Assembly: GCF_001949145.1 (NCBI RefSeq)
Contig: NW_019091355.1
Location: forward strand, 866,083 to 930,082
Origin: Acanthaster planci
Taxonomy: Eukaryota
DNA length: 64,000 nucleotides
Direction: 5' to 3'
Shown here: in pieces, positions 45,401-60,400 of the stretch
Layout of the letters: every line of letters starts with the position of its first letter
How positions within the stretch are numbered: position 1 is the stretch's first letter
Translations under genes and position numbers: made by a program
Notes under the pieces: model-generated
Told to the model about the DNA's origin: nothing
The model's database searches: none
Seen by the model: the letters and a program-made list of their open reading frames with translations, nothing else

Positions 45401-48400
45401 TACGTTTACGATTCCTCCTGTGATGTTAGCAATGATACTGAAGAGCAAACAAAAAAACAGACTCAACATGAATGAATGAAACTCAGTGACAAAAATCTGG
45501 CATACCTGGATATAACACCATACCTGGTGTACTAGGAAAGAAACAATGCATGTGTGTAACAGTTCAACTATGCATTTGTTGAAAATACGTGACTGATTTT
45601 TCAATTGAATGTGCACAAATCTGCACTGTCTTTGCAAGTGAGAAAAACAGAGAGGCTTTTTTGCCCTCTTTGAATTCACATGGACATCAAGCCTACATTT
45701 TTTTCACTATCATGAAGGATCAGGGCATTTGATGCAAGCACTGTGACCCAATCACACAAACTGAAAGCTATGTACTTACCTGATTAGTTGGTCCTGTAGG
45801 TTTGTGACAGTGTCAATGTCCGCATCAACTACGACAACAACCTGCTGATTGGTGTCTAAAACAAACACCTGAGGAATTCAAACAAACAACAAAAGCTCAT
45901 CGTAAAGTCAAACTGTAAATTTCCACCCACAGACTCCAATCACATTTGTGTTCATAATTCACTTTACTTATCTTACATGAGTGGATAAACTGACTAGTAA
46001 CTTTTAAACTAATTTCACATTTTTTATATCAAACTTAACCTTTTGTTTCAAGTTGTTGAGTTCAGAGGGGTGTCATTTTCACGCTAAAAAAATTTCTTCA
46101 AAGAATTAGGAGTCCTGCATGATTTCTACTCACCCTGACGAGGGCGGTATCACTCAGCCCGGCAGTCTTGTCTGTAGCCGTCACCGTCAGATCAAAATAA
46201 CCCCCAGCCTTGACCTCATTGAGTAGGTTGCGCGTACGGATGCACCCCGAGTTCTCGTCAATGTAGAAGATGTTGTCAAAGGTCGTCTGGTCCTGGCCCA
46301 GCACAAACGTGGCTGACTGGATGGCGTAGGTAATAGCGCCCCCACCTCCAACATCAAGATCCGTGGCTTTGATACAGGTCACTTGCGTGTTGATCTCGGC
46401 ATCCAGGGGTAAGCCTATGATTGACAAGTAGCAAGGTAAACAGGTAAAACATTATAATTACAATTCCCCAACCCTTATCCAATATGACTCCAAACGGCAT
46501 TAATGTTCAGTTGGTCACATGTTCACATATCTACACCACACAACTAGTAAGATCAGCTTGATAGGAAAAACCTGGGTTTTACATGACAGCTAAGTTGTAG
46601 TGAGGTCATGTGATGTATTGTGCTGTCAATTCGTAACGTCAGATCACAGTATTAATGGCACAGTATTCACCCTACCCATTTCTAAACAAAAGCTTCACTA
46701 TGATGCATGGCAGCTCGGACTATGATTTCACATTTGTCCCCAAGTAGTGTTTACTGACCGGTTGTGTAGAGGACCGTAGTGAACCTTGGCCCGTTGTCGT
46801 TGATGTCTCTCACTACAATCTCCACCTCCTTGAGCGACATGTCCTTGGACACGTCATAAATGCCTGATGGAACATAACTGGCATTATTTGTGGCCTTGAT
46901 GATGAGCCGGTGGGTAGCGATAGTCTCTCGATCCAAATCTCCCAGGACGATGATCTCACCGGTGGTACTGTTGATTCCAAAAAAGCCGTTCTCATTCCCA
47001 CCTAAAACAGTAACAGAATTGATTTTAAAATATTTGCAAACAATTCTTGAAAACCAATGCTTGCTTTTATATTCTAAAGGTATTCTGGAACCTCTTTTTG
47101 TGTTCATGCTAATAAAGATTTGCATATTCATGAGCCAAACTGTGATGTCATCTTGAGTAGAAATGTCAGCCACAGATGTGCAACAGCTTAAGTATGGCTG
47201 GGGTCAACATTCTGTTTTTGTCTTTCCAGGATTGCTAAAAGAGAGAACTTGAATATTCATAACCGTGATCACATGTCAGGTAAAAGGGTCAAAGATCCAG
47301 AGGTGTTCTGGTTGTCCTTTCTGTAATATACTTGTATCAACTTCAAAACATGTTACCTTTTCTTATACAAGTTCAGAAAAGTCTAGAAAATATCATCTAC
47401 AAAACAGGATACGTACCAACAATATAGTAATAAATCACATTGTTTGGAGACAGGTCAAGATCTAGGGCTGTGGTCACATATCCAGACGATGTGTTCACGT
47501 TGGAATGCTCAGTCACATTTAGTGTCTGTACAATAGCTACGTTATTATCCTACAAAGCAAACGAATAGGGATGTTCTTCAGTGATTGGTTAAAAGAAACA
47601 ACGTGTTACAGAGTAGCGAAGTTGTGACCTCATTTTGAACCAGAAAATGGAAACAAATAGAGTACATGCTAACGTCTTTGAAACACATAATGATACATTC
47701 TCATATACATATCACGTAGTCACTTCGGTACTGTATATCTTTCTTAATGTCTGTCACAAATAAAAAAACAAGGCAAGAAAGAATGAACAGCTGAAGAGAA
47801 ATTGATGGATAAGGAACCCCAGACTACCATAAGACCATTGATTGCTTACCACTCTCAAAAAGAAAGGCTCATTATCATCCTTGTCCACGATGACCACAGT
47901 TACCTCCAAGGGCGTCTGCAAGGGCTGAGGGGTGCCACCATCCATAGCTAGAAGTACAAGCTAGACAAAGTTGAAGAGAAAACTTCAACACCACTGAATC
48001 ACTGATCTACTGAGCGTTCTATTTTCACTTAGCTTTGCCTCAAGAAAATAAAACACATCTCCTGTGAAGCCTAGTTTTACTGAGCCATTTCAAGAAGAAT
48101 ATTTGTACTAATGTCAATGACGAAATTCTTCACATATTTGCCGGGGCAAAATTACTTACATTGTATTGATCTCTTGTCTCTCTGTCAGCTGAGAAGTTAG
48201 CATACAGGTACGTTGTGTTTCCCTCCTGCTGGAAAAAGAATAGCTTAGCACTCGCCTCATTCAGGAAGCCATAGGTGACTTGGCCATTGGCTCCACTATC
48301 GATGTCCACCGCTAGGACTGAGGCAATCCGGAACCCTATTGGCTCGTTCTGAAAGAGAATAGACAGTGATTGGCTGAGACCTTACAGTAAAGACGATGCA

Positions 48401-51400
48401 ATAAAAATTGTTTTTGCAGACCTTCTTTTTTCTGATTTACTTTCTTTTGCACTCTCTTCCTGAGAGATTCCCATGCCAAATATTATACTTAGCCATTAAA
48501 TACTATGAACTCTAGTACAATAAAGCTCATAATCTAGTCCAACCAAAATTGCTTTATAAATTCCACAGGATTCTTTACACTACACGATTTCATGTTTGCA
48601 ATCTGACCGAGCGGTGTTATGGTGCATGATGTACGCTCTAAGATAACCAAATAACAAATTTTGCTGTCTAACATTCTGGAAAAGCCTCCTGTGGAATAAT
48701 GTCATACCTCGGGTAAGAACAGAAGCTGTCCCTGCGAAGGAGTGACGAACTGAGGGGGGTTGTCGTTGTAATCACCCACCACTGCGTTGAGGGTAATATT
48801 GCTGGACAGGGAGGGGTTGCCGTTGTCTCGAGCTTCAATCACCAAGGTGAAGGTGTAGGTAGGGACAGTCAGGGACTGGATCTGACGAGCTAAGATGATG
48901 GCGCCAGTCTGAGGGTCGATGCTGAAGGTATCTGAAGAGTGGAATGAAATGAAACTTTGGTCAACAGACAAAACGCTCAGGAATATCGCTACCCTCTGTT
49001 CATTTATGCCCTGCCTCTAGTTACATCCCCAAAGACTAAGAATTTTTGGCATACAATATTACATGCAATATGTCAGATGTGATCAACAGAAAATACCTCA
49101 AGACAAAAATGCCAATCTTACTTTCCACATTTCCAGAGATGATGGAGTAGGTCACCTGGCTGTTTTCTCCGATGTCCATATCCTGAGCAGAAGGCTGGTA
49201 GATTGGGAAATCAACCTGCGAGTTCTCAGGGAAACTCCTGGTGATGTTATCCCCACCAGCAAAGACTGGGGTGTTGTCATTCACATCCAGGATAGTGATG
49301 GTGACCTGAGCAAGGAATTTATTGGAAAGGGCAAATGGGATATCAAAAAGTACTCATCACTCAACTGAATATCATTGCTCAGTACTCACCACTGATTGAA
49401 ACTACTCATAACTCAAATCATTCTAAATCACCAATCAGATGAGTACAAATCATCGGTTCATTGTGTACTGCCTATCAATAAACTGGGTAGTATTCATTAC
49501 TCAAATCACTGCTACTCATCAATCACATGAGTACCATGCATCGATTACTCACAGGGGTCGACAGTTTGTAGGTCACATCCTCTTCCCCAGGTACAGAGCG
49601 GGTATTCCGCACCTCTACCGTCAGCATGTAGCTATCCTGCATCTCGCGGTCTAAGATCCCAGTGCTGGTGATCACCCCCGTAGTCTGGTTGATGACGAAG
49701 GGTGCACTGGCTGGCACACTGCTCAGAATGTGGTAAGTCAGTTGGGAGTTGGATGGGTCAGGATCGGCATCCACTGCCTCTACGTGACCAATCTCTGTTC
49801 CTGGGACAATGCAGAAATTGAAGCAAATTGAAATGACTTCTTCACTTTTTTCACTCCATAAGACAGCACCATTCCAATATGTTTATCTCTGTTGCCATTT
49901 GGCTTGCTACCCTCTCGCGGATAGCTTGATTTCTTTTAAGCTCAAGATGGCTGATTTTACAATGCCCACGAATTTTTGTTGACTTGAAAATATTAATTTC
50001 ATCATTATCCTCTACTCTGCTCACAAATCTTCTCTCTGCTAAAGCATTTTTTAGAATTTAAAGACTGATGTCAAATCTGGCTTACCAAGATCAACATTCT
50101 CATACACATCAAAAAGGTAGGGTTGCCGGAGAAACACTGGTCCCTGATCATTAGCATCCATGACATTAATGACCACATAGGTGGTTCCCGTCCGACCATC
50201 CTGGTCTGAGACTTGGACTGTCAGGTTGTATGCGGTCCTTGTCTCAAAGTCCAATGGCTTGGTGATGAGAATCTCCCCATTTGTCGCTGGAACAAAACAG
50301 TTGCAATGGATGTAGCTCTCAGTAAAGACTTGAACTTTTGCTTGTGAAACTATTCTACGTTTCTCTTGCTGTTAAGTTAAACTTTGCACAGGCTACTTTT
50401 CTGAAGTGTTTTGATGAAAAGTAGCGCCACAGTTTTCAGAAATCACACAGAACAGGGTGCTTAACAGACAATGACATTGGTGTAAGCAAACAAGATGTAC
50501 TATACACTGAAACTTACGATTAATGAAAAATGTCCCATTTATGTTGCCGCCGATGATGCGGTATGTCAGCATGGCATTCTGGTCGATGTCTTCCGCCATT
50601 ACCACGGTAACTTGGAAGCCCACAGGGCTAGCCTCTGAGGTGGCCAGGTCATAGGGCCCGTTGGGGAAGATTGGATTGTTGTCATTGGTGTCCTGAATGG
50701 TGATAATGGTCGTTGTGGTGGTTGTCTGTGGTGGGCTACCATTGTCGGAGATCTATTCCGATATGTGAAACAAAAAAGGTGAATAATGTATGCGTTAAAC
50801 ACACCATGACCTATTTGAATGTTGAGAATTTCAATAATAAAGCAATATATACCAATGACGACTGTAAAAATTTTATTCATTTTTAAAAGATCCCGTCTAA
50901 AACAGGTTTCAAGACAGACCTACGGCTACTTCGTTTGACAGAATGAGCCCACTTATTTTTGTTGGAGTAAACCTTGACCTTGCTGCAGACACAAGATTCA
51001 GATGTGGTCTGAACAATTCAACCTCTGGTAATGTTGTGAAATTACCATAGAAATTTGATAGGTATTCAGTGCGACTCACCAATACTGTGATGTTGAAAGT
51101 ACTTCCGTAAGTAGCATTATCTGCCTCAAGTGGTCCGGTAGTGAAGATCTCTCCAGTGGTTTGATTGATGAAAAATAAGACATTGCCATCTGTAAGATCA
51201 AAAAAAAGAAACAAAATACATGATTTCAAAATGTGTAGTTCAGGGAATGTGCTTATTTCCTGTGTGCATTGCAGTGGTACATGTTTGGTAAACGATATTG
51301 CACTTAACCCCTTCGCTCCGGGAACCGTCGACAGCCGCGGCTTTGTGTGAGGATTAGTGCATACCACACATACAGTCTATTCACCGTGCAGCTGCGGTTT

Positions 51401-54400
51401 CAATGTGGGCCTGCTGCTGGACAGAGCTTTGCATACAGGGCATACCACAGCCCAGCAGTCGCGGTCAAAAGAATCCTGGCATTAAGGGGTTATAAACTAT
51501 AAGATCAAGTTTGATTTGTTCAAGGCATCTTTCCATTTCTATAATCCTCTATCTAAGAAGTCAAAGCCTAGTGTTTGAAGAACTTGCCAGGTGGTTCAAC
51601 AAGGATGAAGGTGAAGTTGAGCTCTTGCATTGGGTCATCGGGATCAGAAGCATCGATGACACCGACCAACGTCCCCCCTGGCTGCTCCTCCAGAATGATA
51701 AATGGAAACTCTCGCTGGGTGGTTGGAGCATGCTCGTTGACGTTACCCACGATGACAGTCACCTGTTGTGACACAATGGTCAAAATGAGCCACATTTGAA
51801 AAGCTACAAAAATCAAGGCGAAACATCTCATAGCACATGTGATGTGTCCAGCCTACCGAGACAACTAAAGTGCCTCCCACATGATTTGAACCAACAGAGT
51901 GCACGCTCATCCCACAATCTGGTGTTGTAAGTACCATACCCTCAGACAGTGTTGACATTAGGTGCTTCAGTCGATGGAGCTGGCAAGTGCTTACGGCTGT
52001 TTCTTTTACCTGTCATCAAAAGTCACTGTCACAAGTACTTTCACTACTAACAATGGAATGTCTTTGCTACAGTTCTATATGAGTAGCTTGTGGCATTTAT
52101 TGAGACTGGAGCACCTGTGATGCACCGTGAAGACTTGTGAAGTACTAGCAAAGTACTTGACTACAACAATGCTACAAAGACACAGCTAAGAAAATTTCCA
52201 CGGTGGGGTGAGCAGGTCTACATTTCTCTTTGACATGCACAAGTGGACCCATTGTACATTCAATGTCATTGAATCTTAAGGACAAATTCTGCCCTCAGTC
52301 GAGGTGGACTATGCAAACGCTCAACCCTCAGTACACTCACTGTGGTCGATCCCTGTCTACTATTGGTCTGTGAGCCGCCCGGATTGTCCTCTGCGATGAC
52401 CGTCAGCGTGTAAATGGACTGGACCTCTTGGTCCAATGGCTGCAAGGTGGTGATGACACCCTGCAAATAGCAAAGAGAGCCAGTTGGAATAATTCCTCCC
52501 TCTTTCAGATACAGGGTCATACTTATCAACGTAACCAATCAGATTACAGGGAAAATTCTGTCAAGCTCATAGCAACCAATGAAATTGCCCAATCTATGTG
52601 GTCAGTACTTGCCCACATTTCAGATATCGAGCCAGGCTGTTGTAGACCTTAAGTATGAAAAACTCTTCACGCGGCTGACTTACCGTTGTGGAGTTGATCA
52701 CGAATAGTCCGTCCCCTCCGGTCAGCGTGTATGTCACCTCTCCAAACTGTCCTATGTCCTGATCCGTTGCCGTGGTAACGATTACAAACGTGCCCGGATT
52801 GGCATTCTCTATGACTGTGGCCATGAAGTTAGTCTGGTTGAAGACAGGATTGTGGTCGTTGACATCCAGAATCTGAATGCTGATTGGGATGGAGGTTGAG
52901 AGGGAGGGTGTGCCACTGTCCATGGCTATGATGGTGAAATTCAGCCAATCATAGAGCTCCCTATCAATAACCTGGTTAACCGTAATTTGACCTGAGGAGA
53001 CAAAAAGAAGAAAATTCTCTCGAGTCTTGAGTCTGTTCAGAATTGTCAAATCTTAAATAATTGAATTTCTATCAATATTTGAGAATGCAACTATTTTCTT
53101 CTTTCATTATTCTCGAAACAATCAACTGTACTGTGAAACAATTCAAACTCTCAACAAAACTACGAAGGGAATGTAAAATGTTCAAAGGAACGTGCAGCAC
53201 TTACATTTCAAGACACAAGAGTAGTAAATATAATCTGCCCAATGAAAGATCAAAGAAATTAGCAGCCACCAGAAGGTTGTGGGAGCAAGAAAAAAGGTGG
53301 AAGGACTAAATGGCACCAAAAATGCCGCTGTATGTACCTGTGAAAGGATGGATGGTGACAAACTGGGTAAGGTTACCCATTAAGACATAGGTCACCACAC
53401 CATTGATGGGGTCATCAGGGTCTATGGCTTCCACATTGGTGATGATTGTACCCATGCCTGATTCCTCCTGGACAGTCACTACAATTACCGTGGTACCAGG
53501 CGGTTGGAAGACTGGAGGGTTGTCATTGACGTCGGTGATTTGGATGGTTACCTTGGCTGATGGAGTTTGAATGAAGGAAATTAATTGGACGTTACAAGGT
53601 GTTTTTGTGGATACAATGGATAACAGTACGACGATTTGGTATTCTATCTAGGCTGAATGAGATTAGGCAATCTTGGGATAAAAATGAGAGATAATATCAG
53701 CAAATAAGTGGCATGAGCAGAGAGTCTAATTTGAGGTAGGGCACCAGACCAAATGACTTCACTGATCTCCACCGTATTGTTTTTATACACCTACCATTAG
53801 GATTGCTGGTACTCAGCGCAGGGTCGACAGACGCACTATCGTTTGCCGAAATTGTCAGGACGACCTGGGCGGCTGTTTCTCTGTCCAAAGTTTCACTGAC
53901 GTAGACAGTGCCCGTGTAGGGATCGATGCCGAACAAACCCTCGATGGCAGAGATGTTAGCGATGGGCTCACCCAGCAGATTGGTTGCAGTCACAGACACA
54001 ATGCTGCCAAATTTACAGAAATAAGATATAAGAACATTATTTGTCATGATAGACATGTAGATGAACATTGGTTCATAAGTTTGTGACAAGTATTTGCAAA
54101 ATGATCAGTAAAAAAGAAAGGCTTTTCCTTTCCAAGAATGAAAAGCTTTAATTTTGTAAAATTGGAATTAATTCAAATTGTGCAAAGGGATCATTCTTCA
54201 AAGTTATAAAGGTTTGGTACAATTTGAACAAATATAGCAGCGAAACTGAAACACAAAATTAGAAAAACTTTAAAAACCCTCTGAGGGCCACTTGCCTGTA
54301 AGTCAGAGAAGCCGTCTGATCATGATCTACTGCTTGAACTGTTGTCACAGTGTGGTTCAATGCGGCATCTTCCGACACGCTGATGACAACATCCAGAAAG

Positions 54401-57400
54401 TTGTCCGGGAAATATGGCTGGAAGTCGTTGACGTCCGTCACGTAGATGTACACCACACCGCTGTTGGACAGTGGTGGGCTGCCCTGGTCAGACACGGACA
54501 CCGTCAAGATGTACTGATCTTGCTCTTCCCTATCCAGCGGTTGATTGTCGCAGATGTCACCACGGCAGGCTACCAGGACCGTGATGACGCCGGTCACTGG
54601 GTCAATTGTGAATTTGTCCCCAGCGCCCCGCTCAATGGTGAAACGCAGCATGGTGTTTGTGTTGTCATCATCTGAAGCGTTCACTTGACCAACGTAGTAA
54701 CCTAAACAAAAGACATCATTTAGAGAGAATAGCCATAATGTTGTATTCATAAACTGTGAAATTGCAACACGGGCAAAAGCACCCTATTGTTTCACGTATC
54801 TAAAGCATCTCAAACTTCACATTTTCATGTTACATCTAAAGTTAATTTAATTTCCAAATGATTTTGCTTGAAAAACGGTTCTTGATCAAGTCCAGTCCTA
54901 CTTGACAATTAGACAATCTGATCGTATTCAAACAACAAACACATTTGCCACAAGTCAAAGCAGCTAGGTAATGTCATGGTGTATTGATGACTGCATTCTA
55001 TTATAGTCTTAGATTAAAAGGATAGTAACTTGGTAAAAAAAGTTGGTCCTGTGAAATAATTAAAGTGAATATACACACCATCACCGGCATCTTCGGGCAC
55101 TGTGAAGTTGAAGACAATCTCGTCCAGTTGTGGCAGGTGATCATTAATGTTGAGTATAGTTATGTTCACCTTGCCATTGGCACTCACACCCCTGGAGTCA
55201 ATAGCAGAGACGTCAAAGACGTGATGATCTTGGATTTCAGCATCCAGTATGCCGTTGACCGTTATGACACCTAGAACATGATCATGAGAACAATAGTTAA
55301 AATAGATTACCAAACAAATGCCAAATTCTGAGAAACATTGCACAACGTTTTACATTTTGCTGATAACAAAGAAAGGGAACTGCAAACAGTGACAAGTTTG
55401 CTCTGACCTGTTGAAGGATTGACAAAGAATGGGCCTGCATCTTGTCCACTGATGGCATACGTCAAATCACCGGCATCGGCTTCGTTCTCAACAGAAACCG
55501 TCTGCAGGGAAGGCAAAGTCATACATGTTTCAACGTATACATGCAAGATATAAAAAAAACCACATGTTCAAAGATGAAATCAGAAGCAATTGGGTTTGTG
55601 TGGAGATGTTGCGTACGTCGCTTGGGGACATACCAGGACGAAGGTTCCCACAGTTGAGTGTTCCAGCACACTGCCTGTGAAGGTTCCATTGTTGGGGAAG
55701 ATGGGAATAACGGTGGTGGAGTCAGCAACTAAGATGGTAAGAGTCTCAGTAACCTGGGCAAAGGAACCAAAGGGATAAACATGGAACTTGGACACAACAA
55801 AAACCAGCACAAAACCAGGTGTCATACAGTTGACCTTGAAGGTTATTCACTGAAACAATTGGAAGATGATAATGTCATGGAGCAATAACTAAAAAAGTAA
55901 ATGGTGGCAAACTGGGGCTCCAAAAAATTGGGGTTAATAGACAATTAACCTCTGGACTGGCAACAAGCTGTTTGCAAAGAGTCAATTCCCCTCTGGACTG
56001 TATCTAAAATGTTGATGTTCCGAAACACAGTTGAGCCAAACATCTTCCTTTTCATGCAATATCGTTTTTAGGCAATGCATACCAAGGGTGGATCCAGGTT
56101 TATGGATAAGCCGGTTCATGACGACCCCTCTGTCCCTTTGTACTCTTGAATTTTACTGATCCTAGATTTGCCACTGTACACTAAAATAAACACAGGGATT
56201 TGTTGACTGTCTTCATGACCTTGGCATTGGCAACTTACCTCTCGAGCATTGTCTGGGTTTGCTGGATTATCCTGAGCTTTGATGACCAGCCTGTAAACAC
56301 CGTTGGTCAGAGTTTTGTTGACGAAGACATTTCCAGTCTAGCAAGAATATAAGCAAAATATTAGGACTGAAATTCATTTCGTATTTAACTTCTGACAAGT
56401 TCCTTTGACAACAGCAAAGACAGATATAACTTTTTCTTCTTCTAAATCTGACAAGCAAAAACTGAAAAACCTTGTCAGAAGGCGTACTAACTAACAGAGC
56501 GTACTGTCCAACGTTGACATCAGTTCCCTTCTGAACCTTCCGAACCTCACAAAGAAGACTCACATGGCACTAAGGCAAAGTTGATGTTAAAAACTTACGA
56601 CTGGATCGATCCGGAACACTCCTCCCGTGTTGCCGTCAAAGATGCTATAGGTCACCTCGCCCTCAGGGCCTGCATCATCATCTGTGGCTAACACTTTATA
56701 CACCCAGGCGTCCACCGGTGAGGTGTCGTTGATGCTTGTGCGGTAGGGGGTGTCTTGGAAACGGGGGCTATTGTCATTGACATTAATGACAATGATGCCA
56801 ACTGTGGTCTGTGGCCGAGACAAATGTCAAAAGGAATCATGAATACAAAGAGTAAAATATGCAAACTGTAAAAGCTTATTTGTGGATACAAACAGAAGAT
56901 AGGCCCTTGGCCAACCAGGAAATAGAATCTATGGATGAGATGTTACAACATTTGTCATCCTTTTTTTTCTTGAGTGTATTTGTCTTTCCTGACAAAAATG
57001 GAAATTTCACTCTGTTGGCTTGAAAGAAGCTGATAAAAACTCAAGTTGCAACTCACAGTTCCATTAAGCGATGGCATCCCAGCATCTGTCGCTATGATGG
57101 TGATGTTGAACTCTTGGCTGGTCTCATAATCAAGTTCTGCGGTTGGTTTCAGGGTCAACACTCCCGTGGTCGGATTAATGATGAACAAATCTGTTGTGAA
57201 AAAAATTCCAAGAGTACAAAAAAAAAAAATAACCAGCCATACTTAAACCCTTTTGATAATGAAGTTAAAATTCTGAAGCTTGGATTTCACTTGATTCATC
57301 ATGGATGTATGTCTGACCCTGAAGTAAACAGAACATGTATCATTTTGTTCTCATTTTTCACAAAATGGCGGAACAGGACACTGACAACTCACCGCTGTAC

Positions 57401-60400
57401 TCTCCAATGATGGTGTACGTCACTTGGCCACCCGCACCACTGTCCATATCAACAGCCACGAAGGGGCCAATATAGGTTCCTGGTACACCCTCAGAGACGC
57501 TGTAAGGACCAAAGTAACTGGAAGGGAACTGAGGAGGTGTGTCGTTGATGTCCTCCACATTTATGACAACCTGGAGCCAACAAGAATTCCAAAAATGAGA
57601 CGGGGATTCTGATATTTGTAACCAACTGTTTAACATCTAGTTTGAAATCTCACTTAGTGATACACTTGTGTTAGTTGTAAGCAACAGATGTAATTTTTCT
57701 TCATAAAAGACCTCATACCTTGGATGAGAAAAACTCTGTGAAACACAGGGAAATCAAACCATGAGTATCCTGTCCAAATCCCATAACATTTCAATCATAA
57801 TCTCACAGAAATAATTCCCCAAGACTGACTTACAGTGACGGTTCCAGTTCTCCTGTCGTTGCTGTTCACTGCTTGGTCTGTCGCTGTGATGATGAGTTCA
57901 TAGGTCTGTGTTGTCTCCCAGTCAAGTTCATTGATTATATAGATTGAACCCTGAATCACAGAATCAAAACATTAGAAGCTTTTAGACAGATTCCGTTTTT
58001 GTTTTGAATGATGACATAACAGGTCTCCATAGCTTTCAATAAGCCTACGTATGGACTTGAGCAAACGTTCATTCAAGGACTAAAATATTGCCAGTTGAAC
58101 TGACTTACATTGTTGCTATGGATACCAAAAATGCCCTCCCCGTTTCCCCTGGTGATGGTGTAAACCATCTCAGAGTTGTTGCCAACATCAGCATCACTGG
58201 CCGTAACGGTGACAAAGATGACCCCGGTGGATGATGGCCCCTCGGTGACCGTTACCGAGGGCTGGTCAGGGAAGACAGGCTGGTTGTCATTCTGATCAAG
58301 GACTGTCACATACACATGGGTCGTCTCCTACAAGGAGGTTAAAGGGGACACTCTGAGTTGAATCAATACAAAAACTCTCAAATTGAGAACGCTTTAAAAT
58401 TACTTTCAAAGGAGTATTCGATCTGGTCTGATACACAGCTCAACAGTTAAAAGATTAAAAACCTGAGACATGCAAGTTGGTATTTATTTGTTTATCAAGT
58501 ATTTTCATTCCTGCAAACTCATTGGTCTATTTATTCATTAATTTACAAGATAAAAGCTACGGTGAAATGTGTGCTAAGTAGCATCTTACTTAAAGTGTCC
58601 ATCCATGTATTGCCTGTAGGCACACCTTAATATTTAAGTACTATTACACCAACTTAGGAAATAGCTCTGGGTGGATATACCATGTAATCAGCAGATAAAA
58701 TCTTTAGTTCGTAAAATAATTTGTGAACTAACCATGAAGGTGGGGTCATAATTAGGGTCAGTCATGATGACAGTGAGATCATAGAAAGCTTGGGTTTCTC
58801 GATCCAGTTGAGTGGTGAGCGTTATCTCTCCCTGGGAGTTGATCTGGAAGACACCGTTGGGATTGGACGCCGGGTCGATCTGGAACTGGATGTTATTGGA
58901 TGAGGAGGCATCCATGTCGGTGACGAGGATGGTTGTTACTGGTTGGTTGGGTAAGACATTCTGGTAAGAGGATGGAAAGTGGAAAGTGTTTTACTTTGCC
59001 TTTCAAACAGGTACAGTGTTTAGGGTTGGAATTAGAAATTGGCACAGTGATGTAACGTACCTCCTCCACTGTTGCAGTGTAGTTGACCTGATCAAACACT
59101 GGAGGGTTATCGTTCAGATCGTTGACGACTACTTCAACGACGATGGAGGAATTCATGGATGGAATACCCTGATCGGATGCTGTAATCTATAAGCAGAAGA
59201 CACATTCAAACCAATGTCACTTCAAAAGATCTTGTGACTTCTCTCAATCAATAGCACTGTAATACTTTAACCATTTGGGCCAACTCACCGTCAGTGTGTA
59301 TCTATCAACGGTCTCCCTGTCCAGTGCTGTCGTGGTGACAATTAGCGCCTCTTCTGCGTTGGGGATAATATCGAAGTGACCCTCTTCATTTCCTCCGCTG
59401 ATCACATAAACAACCTGCAGACAAATAGACAGACAGTATAAATATGACATACCTCCTGATATGACATACCTCCTGNNNNNNNNNNNNNNNNNNNNNNNNN
59501 NNNNNNNNNNNNNNNNNNNNNNNNNNNNNNNNNNNNNNNNNNNNNNNNNNNNNNNNNNNNNNNNNNNNNNNNNNNNNNNNNNNNNNNNNNNNNNNNNNNN
59601 NNNNNNNNNNNNNNNNNNNNNNNNNNNNNNNNNNNNNNNNNNNNNNNNNNNNNNNNNNNNNNNNNNNNNNNNNNNNNNNNNNNNNNNNNNNNNNNNNNNN
59701 NNNNNNNNNNNNNNNNNNNNNNNNNNNNNNNNNNNNNNNNNNNNNNNNNNNNNNNNNNNNNNNNNNNNNNNNNNNNNNNNNNNNNNNNNNNNNNNNNNNN
59801 NNNNNNNNNNNNNNNNNNNNNNNNNNNNNNNNNNNNNNNNNNNNNNNNNNNNNNNNNNNNNNNNNNNNNNNNNNNNNNNNNNNNNNNNNNNNNNNNNNNN
59901 NNNNNNNNNNNNNNNNNNNNNNNNNNNNNNNNNNNNNNNNNNNNNNNNNNNNNNNNNNNNNNNNNNNNNNNNNNNNNNNNNNNNNNNNNNNNNNNNNNNN
60001 NNNNNNNNNNNNNNNNNNNNNNNNNNNNNNNNNNNNNNNNNNNNNNNNNNNNNNNNNNNNNNNNATATGACATACCTCCTGATATGACAAACCTCCTGAT
60101 ATGCTATGAAAGTTAGGATCTATCTAATGTCCATACACAACAGTGTTTCCTTTGAAAGCAAACTTTCATTTTAAATTCCATTATTTGCAATAAGTAGCAA
60201 TATAAATACATTTGTACACTTGGCAAGAGCAGCAGAGAACCAGCCATTAGTAATATAAACAGCATCATTTCAGCTGGTAACCCATTTTTGCTAGGCAAAC
60301 TATTAACCATCTAGAGGACCTAAGATTGCCTCACATATTTGTGTTCTAACCATTCGTTTAAATAGAGCAACACAATAAAAAATGTGTCAATAAAATTGTT

